Shown here piece after piece: positions 7,936 to 15,833 of a stretch of 64,000 nt of DNA. A model generated the notes under the pieces. It saw only the letters and a list, made by a program, of their open reading frames with translations. It was not told the origin of the DNA and made no database searches. The stretch spans positions 84 to 64,083 of the forward strand of contig DCGU01000020.1 of the NCBI GenBank assembly GCA_002315325.1, read 5' to 3'. The first letter of the stretch is position 1; every line of letters begins with the position of its first letter. A program made the translations under genes and the position numbers. The stretch is from Clostridiales bacterium UBA1770 (GTDB taxonomy: Bacteria; Bacillota; Clostridia; Oscillospirales; CAG-272).

Positions 7936-8917
7936 ATAAATCTCCTATTGAATCAATAAAGTCGGATATTTCTTTTGTAACCTCATCTTCGTTTGACCAA
8001 TGCAGATAATGAGAGGAATCCGCAAGTGTGACCTGCTTGCTGTTTTCCGACCATCCGGCTAAGGTGTTTTGGACAACGCTCCATGCCTCGCCGCTGTCGG
8101 AGGATAAAACGAGTATCGGTAATTCTCCCAATCGGGGACCATTGATTACTTTTTCTGCGTTCTCGTTCATTTCCTCAATCGCTTGCAGAGTATCTTTACT
8201 TCCTGCGTATTTGTTGAACATTGCCTTATCAAGGTCTGCAATATCCGAAGGCAGGCGCTTCAAACGTTCACTCTCGCCGTAAAGCGGGAGCGGTACGCCT
8301 AGGGCGCACAGAGCCCGATTCAACCCGATAGTCCGTGTGAAGGCAATGCCTCTGTTCAGAATTTTCGCTGCCATTTCCGAGTCGGCTCTGTAAAACTCCG
8401 GGTCGCCGGAATCGAGAAACACAATCCCCGCTGCCTTTTCCGGATTCTGTTGAGCATAATAGATAGCTTCCAAAGAACCCAACGAATGACAAACAAGAAT
8501 AATCGGTTTATCGGGGGCAACGCAATCAATCAGTGTCTTTAATTCGTTGCTGAGGTTTTCGACCGTTCGCGGTTTTTCTGTCTTTGAACTGAAGCCGCTT
8601 CCGGCGTGGTCAAAGGAAATTGTTTGCACCTTGTCGCTGAGATTTTCTTGAAGATTATAAAAATCCGTACAGGCACAGGGCGTACCTGAGCCGGCGATAA
8701 AGACCACTGCGCAGTTCCCTGTTCCTTTGGAAACGTAATGCATCGCGTAGGCGTTCGTCGCAACGGCTGCACCGACGATGGGCAAGGCCTTGCTCTCGGC
8801 CAATGACGCAACGGTCTGCCAAACGGCCCCAACAGCCGGAAGAACCAGCAGTACGGCAATGACACACAACCACCGTTTTGCGGGTTTGATTGATTTCGTT
8901 GTTTTTCTGTCACTCAT
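7916..8917 (-). CDS. alpha/beta-fold hydrolase with N-terminal membrane anchor/signal
   Basis: 333-aa ORF. It has an N-terminal hydrophobic helix (WLCVIAVLLVLPAVGAVW), a nucleophile elbow (VCHSLGSLEA) and a C-terminal SSHYLHW (catalytic His). Confidence 0.75.
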   Translation of the reverse strand: MSDRKTTKSIKPAKRWLCVIAVLLVLPAVGAVWQTVASLAESKALPIVGAAVATNAYAMHYVSKGTGNCAVVFIAGSGTPCACTDFYNLQENLSDKVQTISFDHAGSGFSSKTEKPRTVENLSNELKTLIDCVAPDKPIILVCHSLGSLEAIYYAQQNPEKAAGIVFLDSGDPEFYRADSEMAAKILNRGIAFTRTIGLNRALCALGVPLPLYGESERLKRLPSDIADLDKAMFNKYAGSKDTLQAIEEMNENAEKVINGPRLGELPILVLSSDSGEAWSVVQNTLAGWSENSKQVTLADSSHYLHWSNEDEVTKEISDFIDSIGDLYVLGNS

Positions 8918-8949
8918 TTTACACTTACAGAACTCGCTGTTTTCCCTTC

Positions 8950-9549
8950 TTATTGCGCTGCGTTTTGGCGAATAAAATCGTTGACGTAATTCTCAATTCG
9001 CACAAGCGTTTGGGGAATCAAATCCGGTTCACGGTCGCAAAGGTGGATGAGTGCCGTAATCGGTGCGGTAAAAGAAAAAGCAAGAAAATCAACGTTTGCA
9101 CGCTTCAAAATACCTTTTTCCATCATTGCGGAAAACACTTTTTCAAAGATGGCCTTCGTGTCCTCCAAAAAATACCATGATGCCAGCCGACGAACACGCT
9201 CGTCCCGAAACTGCTCGGTATTTAAAAGTTTACGCATCTTGACAATCTTTTCATCGTGCACGGTAAAGTTCACCATACGCATGGTCATCTCATACAATTC
9301 CGCCGTACTTTGGGGAACGTGCTCAAGGTGCTCGGCAGACCCAAAATGCTCGCTGTAGTATACGCTTGTCATTTCAAAAACGGCATTCCAAATTTCTTCC
9401 TTGCTTTGAAAATGCCGATAAAACGCCGATTTGACCAGCCCCACCGATTCGGCGATATCCTTGATATTCGTGCCGGCGTACCCGTCACGGGCAAATACGT
9501 CCAATGCCGCCTCCAGTATTCTTTCTTTTGTACCGTTGTGCAAACCCAT
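8950..9549 (-). CDS. TetR/AcrR family transcriptional regulator
   Basis: The HTH reads KERILEAALDVFARDGYAGTNIKDIAESVGLVKSAFYRHF. The start was set to the ATG at 9549, which has a GGAGG SD. The ORF track extends to 9621, across the operator. Confidence 0.85.
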   Translation of the reverse strand: MGLHNGTKERILEAALDVFARDGYAGTNIKDIAESVGLVKSAFYRHFQSKEEIWNAVFEMTSVYYSEHFGSAEHLEHVPQSTAELYEMTMRMVNFTVHDEKIVKMRKLLNTEQFRDERVRRLASWYFLEDTKAIFEKVFSAMMEKGILKRANVDFLAFSFTAPITALIHLCDREPDLIPQTLVRIENYVNDFIRQNAAQ

Positions 9550-9572
9550 CTGCGTTTCCTCCGAAAAAGAAT

Positions 9573-9614
9573 GTGACCCAAAGTTCACATATATTATAGT
9601 GAACTTTGGGTCAC
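9573..9614. promoter_or_regulatory. Probable TetR operator: perfect 16-bp inverted repeat GTGACCCAAAGTTCAC-N10-GTGAACTTTGGGTCAC
   Basis: The arms at 9573-9588 and 9599-9614 are exact reverse complements. The repeat sits 24 nt upstream of the tetR start and is interleaved with the -35/-10 elements. Confidence 0.6.
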
Positions 9615-9621
9615 GTGTCAA
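9593..9621 (-). promoter_or_regulatory. sigma-A type promoter of the tetR operon (TTGACA-17 nt-TATAAT)
   Basis: On the minus strand, TTGACA lies at 9621-9616 and TATAAT at 9598-9593. The 17-nt spacer is one arm of the palindrome. Confidence 0.55.
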
Positions 9622-9743
9622 GCACCGTATATATTATAAAAGTAAGTCACGAAAACGTTGCGGAGCCGTCGGCATTTACCGCAACTTTTTTCCGATAGAA
9701 TGCCGTACAACAGACATGCGTTTCATTGTATAACCCAAGGGAG

Positions 9744-11923
9744 TTATACGCCAAAGAGGTCTACGGTAATCAACTTTTCCTCTTCGTCGTAGATTTCATT
9801 GCAGCCGATTTCCTTCAGAATGGGGAACCAACGGGCACGCATATCTTTATCCCACATAACGGGGCGGAAACCGAGTTTCAGATAGATTTTGATGGCGGGT
9901 ATGCGGAACTCATCCGTTGTCAAATACATGATCGGCACGTGATGCTCTTCGGCATAATCCAGCACCATTTCGGATACGCTGTATCCGAGACGATATCCAC
10001 GGCACTCCTCTTTCACCGCAACAAAATGCACCGTTGCAGTATTCGGTTTGTGTTCATTCAACTGGATATTGGAGTGTGCAACGATTTCGCCGTCCTGTTT
10101 GCGGATGAGGAAATGGCCGTCTTCCGGAATTCGGTCATCATTATAGAAATGGTAAAATTCGTCAAGAGACCAGTCGGGGGAGACGTTGAACCAGCCGTCG
10201 ATATACGTCTGCATATCCATCCGCTCGTCGCCGCCGCGGCGGAAGGTAAACTTTTCAAAACCGGGGGCAATGGGCGTATGCAGAACGGGACCGGCATCGC
10301 GGCGCATGAGCAGCTGCTGCGTATCGATGCGGGATACGTTGACCTCTTCCCCCATCTTTTCGTGATTGTCCACAAAGCTAAAGCCGTTATAGGCAATCTG
10401 CAGGTCTTTGACGTGGTCGGCAGCGATGCCGACGGCGCTGCGCTTGAACATATTCCGCATCACGGTCACTTTGCCGTGGCAAACGTGTGCGTCCGGCACA
10501 CGATCCACCGTACAGGAAATACATGCGTCATGCGCGTCGTCAAACGTATTGCCGATAAAGGTCACGTTATCCGAGGGGCCGTAGGTGTACCAATACGCCA
10601 TAAGGTCATTCACGGCAACCTTATTAAAATGCGAAACGGTGTTCATACCGAACCAAACGGGCTTGGCCGAAGCCAAGCGAATCGAGGGAAACTGCGTAAA
10701 CACGTTATTGCGGAAGATGGCCAGCGGCGAACGCTGATGGTTCTCCAACAAATCGCCGGCGGCAAGCGTACCTGCAATCGGTTTGTCTACGTCCATAATC
10801 ACGGCATAGATATCATTGCCGAAGGCGGCAGCCTTAACGGTCACCTGCCCTTTTTCGGCTTGCGTTTGACCGTCTGAAATGGTTAATACGTCGCCCGGTA
10901 AAAAGGGATTGAACCCGGCGTGTCCAACGTGACACAAACGGACGCGCAATTTGGTATCCGAGAGCATTTGTTCGACTTTACCGTAAACGTTGTGCATGCT
11001 GACGGCATCGTCCATGGTATTTGCGATATTGCAGTCATGAACGAAAACTTTACCGCTGTCCTGCGTGAAAAACAAACCGTCCGCCGTAACGGAATAGATT
11101 TCGTCGCCGTTTTCACCGGCGCGGAACATCAGGTGTGACAGTTCGACGTTTTCACACAACTGTGTCACGACGCCCATCCCGGCACCGCGGAACAGGGTGA
11201 CGTTTTCCATTTTGACGTCTTTGCACGCCTCAAAGAAAAAGTTATCGTTTTGTCGGTCTTCATCATAATTGAGCACCAAGCGCCCGTTCGTAAACGGCAC
11301 GTGCACAGAACCCGGTTGATACCGTAAAAAGACGCCACCGTCGATTTTTTCCGCCATGGTATCGATAAACGACGCCGGCAGATTTTTCGGCTCATAATAC
11401 CGTTTCCCGGCCCCGATATAGCAGACGGAACCGCCCTGCTGGGCAAAGAATTTCTTTTCCGACGTTGTCATGGTTTCATCGCCGACAGAAAACGTCAAAT
11501 TACCGTCATTTGAAACGTTGTATTGCCACAGAGCTTCATCAATGGCAAGCGATACGCCGTCATCCGATACGACTGCATCTGCGACGCAATACCGCATAAA
11601 GGAAAACGTCATGGAAAAGTTTTGCAGCGTAATACCGTCGCAATGCAAGGCGGCAAAGGGGAACACGCGGTCGTGGAAAACGAAGCGGCTGCCCTGCCCG
11701 TCAATCACAATATTCTTTTTATCGAAAATCGGGAAGATAATCCGCTTGTCACCGGTTTGGTTACAGCAGGGGCACAAAAAAAGGCGGGACGTACTCCGGC
11801 TGCATAAAAATCATACGTACCCGGCTCGAAGCGCACCGTCGTATCATCCGGGCAATTCCGCAATAATTCAACAATTTCCGGCGTTCTGTTGCCGGATTTT
11901 ACTTTTATTTCTATCACGTTCAT
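9744..11923 (-). pseudogene. Right-handed beta-helix protein fused to a C-terminal GNAT domain, interrupted by a frameshift in a T7 run
   Basis: ORFs 11705-11923 (72 aa) and 9744-11777 (677 aa) are adjacent frames of one gene. Adding one T to the T7 tract (A7 on the plus strand, 11776-11782) reads through as ...AGVRPAFFLCPCCNQTG.... The C-terminal ~130 aa (VHFVAVKEECRGYRLGYSVSEMVLDYAEE...IKIYLKLGF) form a GNAT fold. Confidence 0.7.
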
Positions 11924-11935
11924 TTGAAAGGAACC

Positions 11936-13333
11936 TCACTTCAAATAATCCTTGATTGCCACGGGCCCCATCGCCAGCAGGCGTCTGCCGACAGCGTCCG
12001 TGATATTGCAGACGGCAGACAAACCTATTCCGTACCACAGATATGCCGACTTGAATTGTTCTGCGCTCACTTCGGAATGAACGATAACGGTATTGCCGCG
12101 CAGAACAAGATTTTGAAGATGGATATTCGGCCAGAACACCGGCGGCTCATCCCCTTCCAACTGTATGGAGATACCGCTCGGTTCCCCGTCCGCACGCAAT
12201 TCGCCGACAACGTTGGCAAATTCCAATACCAAATCCAGACACATCGGTACCGTTTCATTTTGTGCCAGACGCATGGAAACAAGTGTCATCGGTTTGGCAC
12301 CGCCCATGCCGCACAAGTCGGCCATGGCATACGCAGCCGCACGGCCGATGGCATGCTGCGAGGGGCTGTTTTTATGAATGCGGTCGGACATTCCAGCACC
12401 GAGCGTGGGGACAGCGGCCGTATTGGAAATAACGTTCGGCAGCGTCCTTTGCAGTTCCCGCACGGCAGACCATTCCAACTGATGCGCTTTATCATTTATC
12501 CACGGCAGCGTCATTGACGCGATTTGATTGATGACGACCGGCAGCGTTTCATCGCCGGTATCCCTGCGCAGACACGAAACCAAATACTGCATCCGCGTTA
12601 CGTATTTTTCAATGCCTTCCTTGTTGCACTCTGACTCGCCCTGGTCCCAATACAGACCGCGAACGTGACCGCCTGCGGCTTTGAACCGACGCAGCATCAC
12701 GGCGTACAACGGCAGTCCCGGGTTTTCGGCATCGGGACTCCAGTCAATCATACTCGTGCCGCCGACAGCACACGGAATGACACCCTGCGGCACACCGGTC
12801 AGCTCGGTCATTGCCTTGGCAAAACCGTACCCCGGGCCGACACCGCGCTTATCCGCATCATACGGCGGTTGCCCCGGTACGTCGTATTTTGCCCAGGAAG
12901 AATCCTTGCGTTCCTTCCAATAAAGATCATAAATGCAGGGATCGGCGCTTTTCCACAGGTTATGGAGCAACGGGACCGCAGCGCCCCACACGTCGTCCAT
13001 ATAGAATGCCCGCACCGTCGGCATCGGAAATGCAGCTGCTTCCCTGTCCTGTGCCGTCACGACGCCGCACCCCTCCATATTGGACTGTCCGCCGAGCAGC
13101 CATAGGTCGCCGACGTACAAATCGGTATAGGTTTGCGTCACGCCGTCCGCCGTGACCGTCAATTCGTACGGGCCGCCCACGGGAATCCCCGTAAGACAAT
13201 AGCGGCAGGCATTGATTTTGGTAACGGTACCGCGCGACACCGCAGGTGCCGTATCCTGCTCCGTCAACAGATAAATTTCACACGTATTATTTGCATTGCG
13301 CTGCAGCAGCGCACCGTTTTGTATACCAATCAT
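11936..13333 (-). CDS. SASA-family (sialate O-acetylesterase-like, SGNH-type) carbohydrate esterase
   Basis: VGDLWLLGGQSNMEG is the catalytic GQSNM block. The start was set at the ATG at 13333 (MIGIQNG, with a GGTGGGGAG SD). The longer track ORF runs into the uxaC terminator. Confidence 0.8.
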   Translation of the reverse strand: MIGIQNGALLQRNANNTCEIYLLTEQDTAPAVSRGTVTKINACRYCLTGIPVGGPYELTVTADGVTQTYTDLYVGDLWLLGGQSNMEGCGVVTAQDREAAAFPMPTVRAFYMDDVWGAAVPLLHNLWKSADPCIYDLYWKERKDSSWAKYDVPGQPPYDADKRGVGPGYGFAKAMTELTGVPQGVIPCAVGGTSMIDWSPDAENPGLPLYAVMLRRFKAAGGHVRGLYWDQGESECNKEGIEKYVTRMQYLVSCLRRDTGDETLPVVINQIASMTLPWINDKAHQLEWSAVRELQRTLPNVISNTAAVPTLGAGMSDRIHKNSPSQHAIGRAAAYAMADLCGMGGAKPMTLVSMRLAQNETVPMCLDLVLEFANVVGELRADGEPSGISIQLEGDEPPVFWPNIHLQNLVLRGNTVIVHSEVSAEQFKSAYLWYGIGLSAVCNITDAVGRRLLAMGPVAIKDYLK

Positions 13334-13376
13334 AATAATCTCCCCACCGTCCTTTGACGGTAAAAAAATACGGAAA

Positions 13377-13409
13377 CAAAGGGCAAAACAACGATTGTCT
13401 TGCCCTTTG
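13377..13409 (-). terminator. Intrinsic terminator after uxaC
   Basis: CAAAGGGCAA-N13-TTGCCCTTTG is followed on the minus strand by a U-rich tract (TTTCCGTATTTTTTT). Confidence 0.5.
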
Positions 13410-13419
13410 CGATTAGATT

Positions 13420-14838
13420 TTACAGTTTGAAGTTGAAATAGCGGTTGGTATTGTTGAAGCAAATATCCTCTACGATTGCGCCGAGCGCCTTTTCGTCATT
13501 GGGATAACGGCCTTCCTCCACCCAGGCACCGATGACGTTGCACAGGATGCGGCGGAAGTATTCGTGACGGGGATAGGACAGGAAGGAACGGGAGTCGGTC
13601 AGCATGCCGAGGAACTCACCGAGAGACGCCAGGTTGGCGTAGGAACGAATCTGCGCCTCCATACCGTCGATGTTATCGTTGAACCACCAAGCGCTGCCCT
13701 GTGTCACCGTGGGGCTGCCGGAACCGTCACCGCGGCAGAAACTGCCGCAAAGCGTACCGATGGCGGCGTTGTCGCCGGGATCGATGGAGTACAGCACCGT
13801 GCGCGGCAGCTTATCGTTGACGTGCAGGTAGTTGAGCAGATTGGCCACGTTGTAGACCTTGCTCTGCCCGAAGATCATATCGTAACCGGTGTCGGGACCG
13901 AGTTTTTCAAACTGAGGGGTATTGGGGTTACGCAATACGCCGAAGTGAATCTGCATAACCCAGCCGCGGCGCTTATATTCGCCGGCAAAGAAACGCATCA
14001 TCTGCGTTTTGAACAGGGCCAATTCCTCCTCGTTAACGTCGGCACCGTCGGAGGCAATCGCCTTTTTCAAAATCAGGTCGGCGTGATAGGGATCGGGCGT
14101 CACGAATTCAATGGATTTATCCATGCCGTGGTCGGCCGTTTTACAGCCGAGCGCCTCGAAACGATCGAGAGACGTCATATAGGCTTTTTCCAGGTCGGCA
14201 AGGCTTGCAATCGTCACGCCGTTTGCCTGTCCCAGTTTTTCAATATACGCCGTAATGCCGCGGCGCTCCACGTTCATACCCTTGTCGGGACGGAATGCGG
14301 GCAGCACCTTGGTGGTGAAATCGGAAGCGGCAATCTGCTTGTGGAATGCCAAATCGTCGGCAGGGTCGTCGGTCGTGCAGACCAGTTTGACGCCGGACTT
14401 GGTAATGAGATCACGCGCCGTCATGCCGGGGGCACACAGTTTTTCGGCCGTCAGCTTCCAAATGGCGTCGCAGTTTTCGGGGTTAATGATAAGGTCGCAG
14501 TCAAAATAGCGGCGCAGTTCCAAATGGGACCAGTGGTACAGCGGGTTGCCGATCAGCTTGGGCATCACGGAACACCAGGCACGGAACTTTTCGTAATCGG
14601 AACCGTCACCCGTGATATATTTTTCGTCCACACCGCAGGAACGCATAGCGCGCCATTTGTAATGGTCGCCGTACAGCCAAACCTCGGTGATATTGGTATA
14701 CGATTTATTTTCGGCGATTTCACGCGGATTTAAATGGCAATGATAGTCAATAATCGGCGTTTTTTCGGCATAATTGTGATACAACCGACGTGCCGTTTCG
14801 CTGCAAAGCAAAAAGTTTTCATTCATGAACGTTTCCAT
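13420..14838 (-). CDS. uxaC: glucuronate isomerase
   Basis: 472-aa ORF. FLLCSETARRLYHNYAEKTPIIDYHCHLNPREIAEN... is a full-length UxaC signature. Confidence 0.95.
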   Translation of the reverse strand: METFMNENFLLCSETARRLYHNYAEKTPIIDYHCHLNPREIAENKSYTNITEVWLYGDHYKWRAMRSCGVDEKYITGDGSDYEKFRAWCSVMPKLIGNPLYHWSHLELRRYFDCDLIINPENCDAIWKLTAEKLCAPGMTARDLITKSGVKLVCTTDDPADDLAFHKQIAASDFTTKVLPAFRPDKGMNVERRGITAYIEKLGQANGVTIASLADLEKAYMTSLDRFEALGCKTADHGMDKSIEFVTPDPYHADLILKKAIASDGADVNEEELALFKTQMMRFFAGEYKRRGWVMQIHFGVLRNPNTPQFEKLGPDTGYDMIFGQSKVYNVANLLNYLHVNDKLPRTVLYSIDPGDNAAIGTLCGSFCRGDGSGSPTVTQGSAWWFNDNIDGMEAQIRSYANLASLGEFLGMLTDSRSFLSYPRHEYFRRILCNVIGAWVEEGRYPNDEKALGAIVEDICFNNTNRYFNFKL

Positions 14839-15009
14839 AATGGTTCTTCCTTCCCGGCGGATTCCGCCGTATATATTTATCGCGTATCATTTTATCATAG
14901 AAACGCGCGACGGTCAATATAACGATTGTCTTTTCCCTTTTCAAATAATCATAAATGTGATATACTATATACTGTTAAAATATCGAAACTTCAATATGGG
15001 GGCTTTCCA

Positions 15010-15816
15010 ATGCTTTGCGATTTACATACGCATTCCTGTTATTCATTTGACGCCAACGTCCCGGTGGACGAAATGTGCCGTGCCGCCATTGCGGCAGGGT
15101 TAACCGATTACGCCATCACAGACCATTGCGACGTGGACTATGAAGTCAACCACTGGCGTCCCAATCTTGACCGCGATGCCGTTTGGGAAGAGATGACCGC
15201 GGCCAAAGAAAAATACAAGGGTCAAATCAACATTTTGCGCGGCGTTGAGCTGGGCAACATCACACACTACCCGGATTTTGCCGACAAAGTGCTGGACGCA
15301 CATCCGTACGATTTCGTCATCGGCTCGGTGCATAACCTGCGCGGCATGCCGGATTGCTCTTCCTTCAACTATCAGGAAATCCCGGAAAAGCAGCGTGAAT
15401 TCCTGTTTAATCAGTGTTTGGACGAGAATATCGGCATTGTCAAATACGGCCGTATCTCGACCCTGGGCCATATCACGTATATGTACCGCTACATCAAACT
15501 GGCCCGTTTGGAAATGGACTTTGCCCCCTTCCGCGACAAGCTCTGCACGTTGTTCGGTCTGTTGATTGAAAAGGACATTCCCATGGAAGTCAACGTTTCC
15601 ACCATGTGGCGCGGTCTCGGTTTCAGTATGCCGCACCGCGAACTGTTGGAACTCTACCGTTCCTGCGGCGGTAAACTGCTGACTGTCGGCACAGATTCGC
15701 ACAGTACGGAACACGTCGGCGAGTGTGTCAAAGAGGGATTTGCCCTGATTAAATCCTGCGGGTTTGACAGCGTATGCGTTTGGCGCGACGGCAAACGCGT
15801 TTTGGAAAAAATCTAA
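15010..15816 (+). CDS. PHP-domain phosphoesterase (HisJ-family histidinol-phosphatase-like)
   Basis: MLCDLHTHSCYSFDA... has the HxH motif at the start, followed by ITDHCD, GSVH and GTDSH metal ligands. The start was moved to the ATG at 15010. Confidence 0.85.
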   Translation: MLCDLHTHSCYSFDANVPVDEMCRAAIAAGLTDYAITDHCDVDYEVNHWRPNLDRDAVWEEMTAAKEKYKGQINILRGVELGNITHYPDFADKVLDAHPYDFVIGSVHNLRGMPDCSSFNYQEIPEKQREFLFNQCLDENIGIVKYGRISTLGHITYMYRYIKLARLEMDFAPFRDKLCTLFGLLIEKDIPMEVNVSTMWRGLGFSMPHRELLELYRSCGGKLLTVGTDSHSTEHVGECVKEGFALIKSCGFDSVCVWRDGKRVLEKI

Positions 15817-15833
15817 TTTGAGAGGTGTTAACG

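Noticed and set aside
9726-10877. 383-aa plus-strand ORF
   Set aside because: It is an antisense shadow of the beta-helix::GNAT gene. Its composition is odd (H/V/I/G-rich), it has no RBS, and the minus-strand ORF has recognisable domains.
11705-11923. 72-aa ORF as an independent small gene
   Set aside because: It is the N-terminal exon-like part of the frameshifted beta-helix gene. It joins the 677-aa frame with a single-base change in the T7 run.
13564-14733. 389-aa plus-strand ORF
   Set aside because: It is an antisense shadow entirely inside uxaC, which is unambiguous.
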